Source of the DNA: Oikopleura dioica
Taxonomy: Eukaryota > Animalia > Chordata
Assembly: GCA_907165135.1 (NCBI GenBank)
Contig: OU015566.1
Span: 10,044,001 to 10,108,000, forward strand
Direction of reading: 5' to 3'
Length of the DNA stretch: 64,000 nucleotides
How positions within the stretch are numbered: position 1 is the first letter of the stretch; the number at the start of each line of letters is the position of its first letter. The notes beneath the pieces are model-generated. The model did no database searches. It saw only the letters and a list, made by a program, of their open reading frames with translations, and had not been told where the DNA came from. Shown piece by piece: positions 1 through 12,470 of this stretch. A program made the position numbers and the translations under genes.

Positions 1-53
1 TGTGTTTTACGAGTTTATTTAAATAAAATTAATTATTTGAACAATCTGATGGC

Positions 54-2511
54 TCATTGATTATTTGCACGAACAGAGAAAGGTTTTAGATTGAGGTAAT
101 CTGCTGCAGCATTGAGTCTTGTTATCAGAATTCCGACCTAAAATGCATGTCATTGTAGCTCATCTATTTTTGCTTACCTGTCGTTGGATCTCCTCTTTGT
201 CGCCAAGAGCGAAGTAATTTGAGAGTCCCGGATAAGTTGCTGGTCCACCTTCCGCTCTACTGGTGACAACTACATTTTGAAGATCTTGCTGAATCGGGTG
301 GCAGCAATTTTGATCCGTTAGATATTTCGAAAAGTTCAGTAGACGCATAAATGATCGCTTCTTGTCTGCATTTTCGCTCGTATCGTAGTTATTTTTTGCA
401 GAAATGAGCTATATCGTGGCTGATAAGATTGCAAGTTTATATTGATGTGACATTTGAAAATTCAACCATTCCTGAGATTTTAACGACGCACTTGCTCTTT
501 TTATCAAATTCTGCTGGTTCGAGGAAATCTCGCTGCCTACTTCAGGGAGCTTTTCATCCAAGTTATCGATGTATCTCGACATTGGAGATGGATCGATGGG
601 GAAGAAATCGGAACAAGAAGCTCTGATAAGAAATGCACCGGTGACTTCTGTCACTTTCTTTGCAGCAACGAATCCTGGGTCGATCATTTTCACGTATTCG
701 TAGTTGTCGTATCCTTATTGATTCGTTAGCTTATATTTTTATTTAATTCATATTGCATTTTTGCTTTATATATGGCAAAAATACCAGTGTGGTATGTTGA
801 ATAGATTCCAATTTTTCTTGTTGTCTGGCTGAAGCCAACATCAATCACCGGAACGCCTCCAAAATGATGGAATGGAGCATAGTCTGACCCGAGACCTAAT
901 AAAATTATAAACCGGCTAGCATGTTATTTCAAACCAGGATTCCCAATGTTTGGTCTGCCATCAGCTCCAGTCTTTTCTACCCACCGATCGGTAACGCTCA
1001 TGCTTGAATCTTTATGATCCTTTATGTAGTCGGTTATTTCAAAAACAAATTCGTGCATTTGTTGAGAGGCTCCTGCTCTGAAGTACTCGTTTCCTTGGAA
1101 ACTAACATCTAAAATGAATTTGTATCCGTCAAATCTTTTTTTATATTCTACCGGCGTTGATGTAAAGAATGGCTCGTTCTTTGAGTACCGCCAGGAATTC
1201 CTCCACGAATTCTATACTGCCCATGAGTCCGTGTTCTTCACTGCCCCACGAACAGAAGATGACAGTTCTCTTTGGCCTGATGTTCAGCTCTTTGAAGAGT
1301 CTTGAAATCTCAAAAATTGATGTCATTCCAGCTCCTGCGTCGATAGCTCCGTGCACCCAAGAATCGCGATGATTTCCAATCAAGACATACTCATCTGGGT
1401 ACTCAGATCCCTCGATTATTCCAATAACATCTTGAGACTTCTTTCGTTCATACTTGACCGCGATCTGAATGTCAAAAGTTTGACCGTTCTTGATGCTCCC
1501 TCCGAAATTCATAAGAGTAGCCATTGCTGACTCATCCTTCCATTCTTGTGGGACAGGTCCACCTTCCAGTTCAGAAAGCAAGTGTTGTGCATCGCCCCAA
1601 GCAATTGGCTGAGATGGAAGTGGTGCCCAAATGTGCGGCGAGTCTATTTGTTCTCTAGTATAGTTGAGGAGGTCTCTCCAATCGTCAAAATAAGCCCCTT
1701 CGATTGATGGATAACCCGGTGAAGTCGGATCACCACGTTTGTACTTCGCGGAGCCTCGTTGAACAGTATCTTCTGGAATTCCGGGACCCTCGGGAAAAAC
1801 TTTGTCGTTTTCATCAGATGCATCGTGCGGATCAGAAAAGATGAGGACTGCTTGAGCACCGTAAGGTTTCACGTTTCTGCCTTTATCTGGTCGCCCAGCG
1901 CCGCCACCATATTTGCAGATGACGACTGAATCTTGGAAAATATCAGGATCCTGAGATAGAAGCCATTGAACATTGTCTGGATTACAGTAATGTCCGTAGA
2001 CGAGTTTTGAAGTGGAAATGGGATTTTCAGTAGGAGGAGCAAAGGCATTATAAAACATCAACACTTGATCATCGTTTTGGAACTCATCTCCATCTTCTTT
2101 TTTACGAAGAGTGAATCCCCCTGAAAGTCTTGCGTAGCAGTTAGGCTCGTCAGGGTAGGAGTGGAGGATCTGATAGTCCATCGACCAAGCATCGTCTAGT
2201 TGATCTTTCCATTTGTTGATGATGTAGTCTGCCATTTCATAGTCACCTGATAAATTTAAAAGTGAAATTCAAAAAATAAACCGCTTACCTTGACTAGTAG
2301 CCCATCGAATCACCCCACTCAAATATTCGGTCTCTTTCTCCAACTTCTGAGAGTCAACAGCATTCACGAAATTATCAATTAGCTTGAAATCAAAATCGTC
2401 GGCATTCTTAGCTTCAGCTTCTGGTTTACTAAACCAACCGATAGTAACTCCAACACCTAAAGCTACAGCTATGCCAATGGCAATTCCCACCCACTTGGTG
2501 ACTTTGCCCAT
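54..2511 (-). CDS. Glutamate carboxypeptidase II / NAALADase-like M28 metallopeptidase (type II membrane protein), multi-exon
   Basis: N-terminal TM anchor (WVGIAIGIAVALGVGVTIGWF), PA domain (YGHYC...KYGGGAGRPDK, GDPTSPGYPS) and M28 motifs IGNHRDSW, GAID, SWGSEEHGLMGSIEF. GT-AG introns join the exons down to a TGA at 54-56. Confidence 0.9.
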
Positions 2512-2872
2512 TTTTTATAGATTTCTCTCTAGTACTGAGAAGAACAGAGCTGACTTTTCTTTTATACATGTATGAAAGTTATGGGCAAATATGCGAAGGA
2601 AATTGAAGAATCAAACGTATTTGCTTTGCTTTTTTAGTATCAAGTTAACGCAAGAACTCATCGTGGAAAGTACTTTCTGACAAAATAAATAAAATTTCGA
2701 GCAATGGATATGTTAGACGTCTAATTATTTCTAAGTTTGCTTCTTCTCATAAATTTTCAAATGTAATTACAATGCTGGGCGACAACCAAAAACAATTATT
2801 CTTTTTATTTACGATAGGTACGCCTTTGAAGATCCTTTTTCGTGTTTTCAAGCTCAAAGAGAAGGGGCGAAA

Positions 2873-4191
2873 ATGAGTGAGTACAAGAGCTTTGCAACAG
2901 ATGCTATTCATTCCGGACACCATCCAAATGAATCCGATCCCTCGATTGTCCCTCCGATCACGATGTCGTCTACCTACCAATTAGCTGAAGTCGGTATCGA
3001 TGATATCTTCACCGGTCCTGTTATTTATTCAAGGTTTATTTCTTGATAGACCTAAAACCAACATCTAATGTAATTAAGATTGGGAAACCCTACACGCGAT
3101 TCTCTGGAAAAATGCATCGCGAAGCTCGAAAACGCCAAGTACGGCTTTGCTTTTGCATCGGGAATGAGCGCAATTACCGCCTGCTTCCAGTCGTTTCTTC
3201 AATCTGGCGATCATGTCGTCTGTAGCGAGGATATGTATGGTAGCACGACTTCCTATTTGCAGAAATTGGAAGTGCAATTCAATGTCCCCGTCAGCCCGGT
3301 TGATTTTAAGAAAGTAGAGGATGTGACCGATGCGATCACCGAAAAAACAAAGGTCAGACTTAAAAAAAGAATAGAATAAATAAGAATTAAGCTTGTTTAT
3401 TTCGAGCCAATCACCAATCCACTCATCGGAGTCGTCGATGTGCCAGCAGTTGTCAAGGCAGTTCGTGAAAAGAATAAAGATGCTCTAGTAATTGTTGACA
3501 ACACATTTCTTTCGCCTTGGAATATGCGACCAATCGACTACGGCGTTGACATCGTCTTGCATTCTGCGACCAAGTACATCAACGGTCATTCGGATACTAT
3601 CTGTGGCTTGGTCTCAACAAATAAAATCGATCTTGCGCGAAAAATGAAAAACGCGCAACTTTATCTCGGAGGTGTTCCCTCACCATTTGATTGCTTTCTT
3701 GTGAGTCGAGGGATCAAGACGCTCGACTTGCGAATGGAAAGACACGCGAAGAACGCTCTAAAAGTCGCTGAATGGCTTGAAATTCATCCTTGCGTCGAAA
3801 AAGTGATCTATCCTGGTAAAATATTGAAATGTAATTTTTCTATAGTCTATTTTCAGGGCTGAAATCTCATCCTCAATTTGAGCTACTAAAGAAAATTTCC
3901 CGCACTCCTTCCGGAATGGTGACTTTTACTATAAAGGGCGGTCGAAGCGAAGCGGAGAGATTTCTAAAATCACTGAAGATCATTTCCCATGGAGTTTCCC
4001 TTGGTGGATACGAGTCTCTTGCCCAGCACCCGTTCACTACTACGCATGGAGCTGTGTCAAAAGAGCAGAAAGACCGAATCGGCATTACCGAGAACATGAT
4101 TCGTGTTTCCATCGGACTGGAAGCCGTTCATGACATCATCGAGGATATCGACTACGCCTTGAAAAAAGCAACAAACAACAACAAAGCTTGA
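2873..4191 (+). CDS. CTH: Cystathionine gamma-lyase (PLP-dependent transsulfuration enzyme)
   Basis: Spliced YSR|IGNPTR, FASGMSAI, VDNTF, PLP-lysine motif HSATKYINGH, SLGGYESL, IRVSIGLE. Three short GT-AG introns. Confidence 0.92.
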
Positions 4192-4506
4192 AAAAATCTT
4201 GTTGAATAAAATTGTCTATTAATAAACACGTGCGTCTACCCAAAGTCTCACAATTGTTTCATTCCGGAATCGAACCTATTCACAATCGAATTGAAAGATT
4301 ACCATGGTTTCTAACGCTCTTGAAAGTCTTGAGTGGCGCAGTTGGAGATTTTCGAATTGGCTAATGCTCTTCATTAGAGTTTTCAAGAGAGTTTGAGAGA
4401 AACGAAAAAAGATAAGCAGGTTATTTTGGGGCGCAGCTTGTAAGTTTCAATTTTCGATGCATTTAACTTGCGCTAATACTAATTTAGGATTGGAGTAAGG
4501 AAAACA

Positions 4507-4784
4507 ATGCCTATCAATCTACCGAAAATCGGTGAAGACAAAAAGAAGAAGGTGAGCTTGAATTCCTAGACAAAATTTTCTAAGCACTTCAAATTCTAGT
4601 GCAAAGAAGGAAAGTGCACAAACGAGGATGAAGAATGCCCTGAAGCGAGTGAAAAGCTGAAACCTATCAAGATGAAAAAGGTGCGTTCTACCTCAAATGC
4701 TCCCTGATAAATAAAAATGTTAAGGTCAAGCCTGCAAAGAAAAAGAACAAGAAGACTGAATCCAAAGCTTGCGTCCTGCTTTAA
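4507..4784 (+). CDS. 61-aa lysine-rich micro-protein ending in a CaaX box (CVLL)
   Basis: Exons 4507-4551, 4600-4680 and 4725-4784 are joined by phase-0 GT-AG introns of 48 and 44 nt. Product: MPINLPKIGEDKKKK-CKEGKCTNEDEECPEASEKLKPIKMKK-VKPAKKKNKKTESKACVLL*. Confidence 0.7.
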
Positions 4785-7138
4785 CGAAATACTTACATCT
4801 TTACCTGACATCCTTATCATTGTTATAGTTTTTTATAATAAATTTTGAAAACTTTATTTTGCAAAATTCTTGAATTCAAATGAAAAATAGATAAAGTTTC
4901 AAGGTGTCCGAACGGCTAATCTTGAGGATTTATAATTCATCGCGTCCGGCTGAATCTTTCATCGTGTTCCTCTGAACCTCTCGATGTTTCCTCCCTTAGG
5001 GAGTTCGCGGTGGAATCTGACTTCTTTATTGAACGAGCTGGTTAGGACTGGACTTCTTGGTTCTTACAATTTCGTAACAATCAGCTACTGTTTGATTTGC
5101 AGCTACTTTGTTGTAAGGATATAATCAAGTGGTGATATTTAGAAATGCTTGTCTCGCAACTGTTATTGACGCCAGTAATATTTGCATAAAATTGTTGGTG
5201 CTCTTGATTATATGGGTATAAGTACAGGAGTGAACAAAATAAGTAGGAAGTTCTTTAAATCTCAGTTTGAAAATGTGGAATGTCCATCCGTATCCCCTTA
5301 GTTGAACGGTCATTTTCTGCGCGTCCCGTTTAGTGTTTGTTATGGTTATACAACGTGTGCTACTAATTAGGCCTGGGTGCTAAGTTCTGGAGGAGTTAGC
5401 TCCGCTAAGCAGTGGTGGTGCAATATCTGCTCGCGCGTGGGCTGACGGTGGTGGTGCTAGGCTAGCGCGTGGGTGGTGGCGCAGTTCTTGGTCCCGCGGA
5501 TCGCTGGACCTTCGCGTTGCCCCTCGGCCGCCAATGGAACTCGCGCTACGGAAGAAAAATACTCATTATACTCTAATCTAAGGCCGCCCACTCGGTCTTG
5601 GAGGAGCAACGCGCGCCACGCCACCGCGCCCTGCCACAAATTCCACTAACCAGAAATTAACTCTTACTGAAGAGCGAATTAAAATTATAAATCAACAAAT
5701 AAATTTCAAACATCAAAAACGTCCATTACAGAGATCGAAGAAGTTCAGTAGAGATTGGAAAAGAAGACAGCTAAAAATCGGGAGATAAGAAGACAGAGAA
5801 ATATTTTTATGAAAACAATTAGGAGCATAAAGGTATATCATTTGATTTTCGGGGTTTTTAAAGAAAAATAATAGAGAATAAAATGTATTCTAGTGAATAA
5901 ACTTATATCTTAAATCATTATCATGAGAATTTTTTATGCGCTATAAAACATTGGAAATAATATCAAGATAAATAAGGTGTTTTTCTTTGTTTTTGCTAAT
6001 AATCTCATTTATTTTTACCCTAAGAATGGTAACATATTTGAATATGGATCATTTTTGTTGTCTTTTGTCTACGATAAATCATTTGAAATATAGAGAAAAG
6101 GTATAAAAAAATTCAATTTTGAACCAATACTATTAGTCCAGTAGTCAATTTTAGTGGATTATTGGTAAATTATTATTCTGACCTTCAGTAAATGTAAAAT
6201 TTATAAATTATAAAATCGAAGTCGAGTTCCATATTGATACATAAGAATGCATTATTTTTCTAATGCTATATTTTTGTAAGCGATTCATTCGTACTGACCT
6301 AAATAAAACGCTTTCACGAAGGATTTCCTTCAACTTTCCGCTTTTGTAAGTAGACAAACCGAGAGGTCGTATTTAATTGAATTTCATCAGAGTGTTTTTA
6401 TCGTAGACAACGTTCAAAATAAGCTCGTGATATTTTAACCAGGACGGGTCTACTTTAGTAGAATGGGGTTTCTATCTATAGAATTAAAAACGACGAAAAA
6501 TTTAGTGTCGTCGTCGCAGCAGATAAGGTTCGAAACTGGACGGGCATCATATCCCGGGCGGGGGGCATCTCCCTCTGTCCGGTCTCTACCCAGCGGGTAT
6601 GCTTGCCGGATTCGGGCACGAAAGTCTCCTTGGGTCCGGAAGCATGCTCCCTCCGCCTGTCACTTCCTCAGGATCGTGTTCTAACAACATCCCTTTACAA
6701 GAATTTTAAAGAACTCATTGCTCCACTGCACTGATACCGCCAATTCTGTAAAGAGCCGCTAGGATTGAGTCACGAAGTTTTGCCAACAATAAATTATAGA
6801 AGACGCTGTTGCCAAAATTGTAGTAGTCAATTATCATGAAACCATTTCAACTGGTTATCAATTGCTAATAGTCACTTTTGTAGATATGTTCTCAATATTT
6901 ATCAAAAACAGTATTTCAAATACGATTTTCTTTGAGTAGAACCGATTCTTCAAATGAATTGCATCAAACCACTCAGCAAAATAAGTCGCAGATATCTTTC
7001 TGACCCAAAATAGTCGGGATCCCTTATCTAATCGCTTCTCTTTCATCAACAAAGCTTAATATAGTGCCCACTTGATTGATCTCATAACTTGTTAATCAAA
7101 AGAGTGAACTTTATTTACAGCAGCTAAAATAAACTAAA

Positions 7139-9929
7139 ATGAACACGTTACAAGGCGGCCATCACGATTTGAGCCACAGCACAGCTGATGAAGTTCTTGG
7201 AGCAGCGATGGCTGATCAATTGGCTTCGTTGCACCATCAGCTCAAGCGACCTTCTCATACGAGCTATGGCACCGACTCCGACCTTGATTTTGACCTGAAG
7301 TCGAGGGCAGACTCTGTAGACAGCTCTGGCCGACCATTGCCGAAGAAATCCCGGCCGAATCATAGCTTGATCGAAAAGAGAAGGAGGGACAAAATGAAGG
7401 CTCATATTCATGAACTTGCAGCGCTCGTGCCAATGTGTGCCGCAATTAACACGAATAAACTAGATAAGGTAAGAATCTCCTGTAATTATACGTTTTGACA
7501 AGCTCAGTTAGTCAAAAAAGATTAGACAGAAAAACATTGATTTAAGGCTGAGCTCAAATGTCAAATTTGACATGACAGGTACTAGCCTCCCTCCCTAAAG
7601 CCAAAATTTTAAGCTAAAAGGGCCCAAAAGACAGATTAACAACAAACTGTTCATATAAACTTTCAGTTTACTGTCTTGCGACTCGCGTTGCAACACATAA
7701 AATCCCTACTTGGCTCTGCCCGGCCTGCTGCTGGAGCTGCTTCTTTATACAAGCCTTCCTTCGTTTCCGACGAAGAGCTGAAACAGCTGATGGCCTACAG
7801 TGGCGACGGTTTCGTGCTAGTCGCCGGTTGCGATCGTGGTCGCGTCCTTTTTACTTCAAATTCCACCACTGAGATCCTCTCACAATCACCTCAAGACATG
7901 CTCGGAAGGTAAGAAAATAAATACCGTTCGCGATGAACTTTTGCGCGGGATCAACAACCAGAGCTCATAATTACCCTTCAGATCGCTCTTCGACCTGCTG
8001 CACACAGACGATTGCGATACGCTGAAATCACAGCTTTTGACGGCCGAACACGGCCCACGAGAGCGCCTTATCGGTAATAATAAAACATATCAACTTTCTT
8101 GGTTCCAGAAACAGCAATAAGACATGTTTAGATATCAAAACGGGCGTCTCGATCAAGACTGAATCCTCTCCATCCTTCCTGTCTTCGGCCGGCGCTAAGC
8201 GAAGCTTTTTCTGCCGGATGAAGAAGCAAACATCAGAGGATGATCCAAACAGCGTCGAGTTTATTAACGTTCAAGTTTCGGGATACATACGAACTTTTCC
8301 GAGCTCTCAGTGTATTCCAAGGTACAGTACTCCGGTATTATTTCTTGAATAAATGATGAAGAAAGTCTCTTCCTGGATCATTTAAAAGATTCAGTAATCA
8401 AAGTGCGTCCCATTGTTTAATCTTTCCATGACTGCTGATCATGTTTTCTCCGAGCATAGCATGTCACGAGTACTCATTATAATATCGTATTATAATCGGA
8501 TCATAGGACTTGGCCCGTAATCGCTTGGGATTATTTTATAATATCGTTTTTCAGCTGCCTGCAGGAACAAACGAGTCAAGTGAAGGTCGAAGATGGTCCC
8601 GCGCCGGATCAAGCAGTCACCGCCTTCTGCGGCATCGTGCGGCCCGTTGCGCCGCCTAAAACTCAACAAAGGTAACCGCAATCCTTAAAATAAACAATTT
8701 TCTCGATTAAGCATTTTTTGCTTCGTTCACCAAGTTTTATCAATATTATTTCAGCCCGACGCGCGACCAAGAGTTTGTGCTCCGCCTGAGCCCCTCTGGG
8801 CGTGTGCTCGATTGCGACGAGCGGATCAAGGGACTTCTTGATCTTGTGCCACAAGAAGTCGTAGGCACGTCGATCTACGACCACCTCCATCGAAATGACA
8901 TTCCGCGAATCGTCGAGGTAAGTTTTCGCCACAATTTCCTCCCCTCATTCATTGCCAAATTACAGTGTCATCGAGCGGCGCTACAAAGCAAGAACAAATT
9001 ATTGACGTCTGTATTTCGCTTCAGAAGAAAAGACGGAGAATTTGTGCCGTTTAGGGCGAAAGCTGCCGCCTTTAGAAATCCACTTACCAAGAAGGTAAAA
9101 TAAGCTTATTCATCTCCACCTTCAACGTGCGTTTACAGGTCGAGCAGCTGATTCTTTGCGCTGCGACGGTAGAGCCAAATGACCGAGACGTTGGCAGACG
9201 AATTGTCCGCGAATGCCCGTCGCAAGAAGCGCTCGAAGATTTTCTGCAATCAGAAGGCGCTACTGGTGGACAAACATCCTCAGGATCACCATCTGGGTTT
9301 GATACTCGATTTATTCGATTGCGATTGAATCTTGCGGTTGTAAACAATTGTTTTAGTGTCTCAAAACTTGGTGATCTAGTGGCGCAGGAAATGCACCAGC
9401 GAGAAAGTGAGATCAAAACTCCACCGTTACCGCGAGCGGCGAGTCCGAAAGCGGCAGGGTTATTTACGACGAATCCAGCGAGCAACGAGTCCGGCTACAA
9501 ATCGAGTCCGAACCCATCGGATCCAGGTAAAGATCCCTTTGAAATATCTCTATGTTTTAGATGTGTAAAATATTGAACTTCTTTTGAACTTTCCTTTTAG
9601 ATCAATTAACGTTTTCGCTGACAAATGAGCACGTTTGCCAAGAAAACGAGCTTATCAGACAGGGCGTACAGCAGCTGCAAAATAAAATCAACCAGTTCCA
9701 GAAAAGAGATGGGCTGAATGGAATACCTCTGTTATGGGATCAACTTTTTCTTTGTTTTCAAGTTCTGAAATCTTTTTACAAAATAATGCTTTCCTTCGAA
9801 TAACAGAAAGGGCTAAAATTGATCCCCAAAAAGACGCTGACCGACGACTCCATGGGAATGGTGATGTCAATCCTGGAAGCGGACTGCAACCCTGGCGACC
9901 CATTCAACCCGTCGCTAATCCGCGTGTAA
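7139..9929 (+). CDS. ARNTL: bHLH-PAS transcription factor, BMAL/cycle (ARNTL) type
   Basis: bHLH HSLIEKRRRDKM...KLDKFTVLRLALQHIKSL; PAS-A YKPSFVSDEELKQL...GCDRGRVLF...PRERLIDIKTG...GAKRSFFCRMK; PAS-B PQEVVGTSIYD...FRNPLTKKVE; C-terminal SMGMVMSILEAD, matching the BMAL transactivation motif. Confidence 0.85.
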
Positions 9930-10448
9930 GAAAATATTAGTAATCTGCGCCTCTCGCTCTACCACCACTGTCCTGCCCTCATCTACCGTTACCTACTGCT
10001 GCAGCTCTCATCGAGATAAATTCCAAACTGAAAAATAACCTACGAAGATGAAAAAAAGCGATTCGTTACCAATCAATTGAAGGAATACCGCAGTTTTCCC
10101 GCTGAAGTTCGGAATCCGAACTTCGGATATGCTCGGTACAATCCACTCACCAGCTGCCTTTTGTCCATCGCGGTTCAAAAACACCACTTTTGCACAGTTC
10201 ACCACTGCGTTTTTACCTATTGCTTTACTTTCTCTGTAATAATAATAATAACTTATTTCAAAAATTCCTTTTTATTTGAAATCAAGGAAGAAACCTACAT
10301 GAGAATTTTCTACTCGTAAAATTTCTATAAGACGATAGATTTCGAACGATTTCTACAGGCGTTCGAATCTTTGCCTTGCGAAAAGAGCGCTCACTGAGAT
10401 TGTACTGATAAGGATTGAAATAAACAACCGGTTTTTCGCGAGATAACC

Positions 10449-10530
10449 GGGCGCGTCTGTAGCTCAGGCTGCAGCGCGTCCTCCCGGCCGTCGCTGATCC
10501 CGTCGGTTCGAATCCCGAAGCGTCCCTCCA
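10449..10530 (+). other. tRNA-derived sequence (probable SINE head or tRNA pseudogene)
   Basis: A-box TAGCTCAG and B-box GGTTCGAATCC at tRNA-like spacing. 5' GGGCGC can pair with 3' GCGTCC, but the D and T stems are mismatched. Confidence 0.55.
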
Positions 10531-10988
10531 TTATTGTGGCTAGACGATGTATCCGTATTCAGATTTCAGACCGACTCAGATGTCCTTGTTGCTCATTGCA
10601 CGACCACATGTGCCGATCACACACACACAGACCCAGCAGAACATGCTCTCTTAGAAACAGTCTCCAGACTCTCCTGACACTGGGAAGGCCCTTGCTTTGT
10701 ACGAAACTGACGAACTCTTTCATGTAATGGATGTCTTCGAAAAAAGATCCCCGGATCTTTCCTGGTTGGGCCCGCCAGGTTTTTTGAAAGTCTATTTTTG
10801 CAGTACATATTGGCTAAAGCATGGTCCCATGACAATAAAATCCGATAACTGTGCATGACATAAAGATAGTGCAAATAAATGAGGTCATGTCAAACTTTGC
10901 ATTCCGATCCAGTGCCGCGGGTTCCATCACTGAGTAAACGAGCACAGAGAAGCATTTTTAAAGTCGTTCTTTTCTTCCGTTTTCAAAA

Positions 10989-12470
10989 ATGCAGTCAATG
11001 AAGCTTCTCAACATTTCGAGCTCGTCTGAAAGTGATGATAGTCCAGCGGCAATTCCTAAATTCAATCCTGGTATGTTTTCGATTGTTTTCAATTTTGACT
11101 TCATTGAAAAGGTCCAAAATCAAACGCAAGTGGCCCTAAAAGTCTTGCAATGGCCAGTATGATGCAGACCCTGAACGACAGTAGCTCGTCAGATTCTGAT
11201 TCGGACTCTGAAATGCGCCCAGGACCAAATGCCTCAAAGTTAAAGATGAACGAAACGATTTCGCCAACAAAGACATCCGATGGGCCAACAAAGCCTGCTT
11301 TTACTGGCCCTGCATCGATGAGCAGCAAGTTGAATAGCATGATGGACTCAAGCTCAGATTCTGATTCCTCAGGAGACGAAATTGCCGTTGTGACTTCAAG
11401 CACGGCGCCGACAACAGTTGAGTCAACAATTCCTACCAAAACTCAAGACGCTCCGGCAGGAGTTATTTCTGGTCCAGCTTCGTTGGCTAGTAGACTTAAT
11501 GACTTAAGCTCTGACAGTGACAGTGCAAGCGATGAAGAAGTTGTTCAAGTAAAGGTATCTTGAAAGTTTAAATGGTTTTGCAACCTTCCTCAGCCATCTA
11601 TGGAACGGTCTATCCCAACAAAAATATCTGACGCACCAAATAGTGGAGTTATGAGCGGCGGTCCTGTTTCCATGGCTAGTAAAATAGACACACTTATCAG
11701 CTCAAGCAGTTCTGAAGATGAGGAAGATCAAGCAGTGAGGCCAACATCACTTCAGCCACCTTCTGCTCAGCCGTCGATACAGACCAACAACAATAGGCTT
11801 TCATCTTCTTCCAGCAGCAGTGAAGATGAACAAGAGCTAGCAGTAAATCATCTTCAAGGAAATCCTCCATCAATGGAATTTCAGGAACTTCCAAGGATCG
11901 TATTGTCATTGATTTCATAAAGTTATCAATTCAGATTTTAATACTAAGAACCCTTTTAAAAATACGCAAAAGTGCTGGATCATTTGACTTACAAGCAACT
12001 GGAGGTTCTTTGCCCTTGTCTCAAATGGACTCGATGCCGAAATCAAAGCTTTCTGAAAACATCGAGGACTCATCATCATCTTCTGACGAGGAAATTCCAC
12101 CGCAGCAGTCTCTTATCGAATCTCTGCCTCCAGCAGACTACCAGCAGAATTCAGAAGCAAGTACGATTCCGAATAGAAGTGCGCCTTCTTTCTACGATAA
12201 TGTTAGGAAACGCTCATAATAATTCTCCCGTTTTTTTCCCCGAGAAGCTTATGAACTTGATAAAGACCAGTTGTTGTTGCAAAACAAGTAGAGATTGGAT
12301 CTGGCGACGAACTGAGTGGCTCGGACTGGAGCGATAATGATTCCAGCAGAGCCAGTATCGTAAAAGGGATGGTTAGAGACATTCTTATCTCTCTGAAATA
12401 TATACATATCTCTAACCTATAGAAGGAACACCAAGTGAACAAAAACCGCAGCCCGAAATCGGAGAAACTG
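10989..12470 (+). CDS. Ser/Asp/Glu-rich low-complexity protein with repeated GP-S-(L/M)-A-S modules; 3' end uncertain
   Basis: ORFs 11150-11563, 11600-11920 and 12010-12219 link through GT-AG introns from an ATG at 10989. No recognisable folded domain. Confidence 0.55.

Noticed and set aside
6510-6690. 7SK or RNase MRP RNA on the minus strand
   Set aside because: Only short resemblances (GGATGT start, AAGCATACCCGCTG). The complementary CACATCC end and the MRP conserved regions are absent.
10449-10530. Functional tRNA gene
   Set aside because: Five extra nt before position 8, mismatched D and T stems and no clear anticodon arm; kept only as tRNA-derived.
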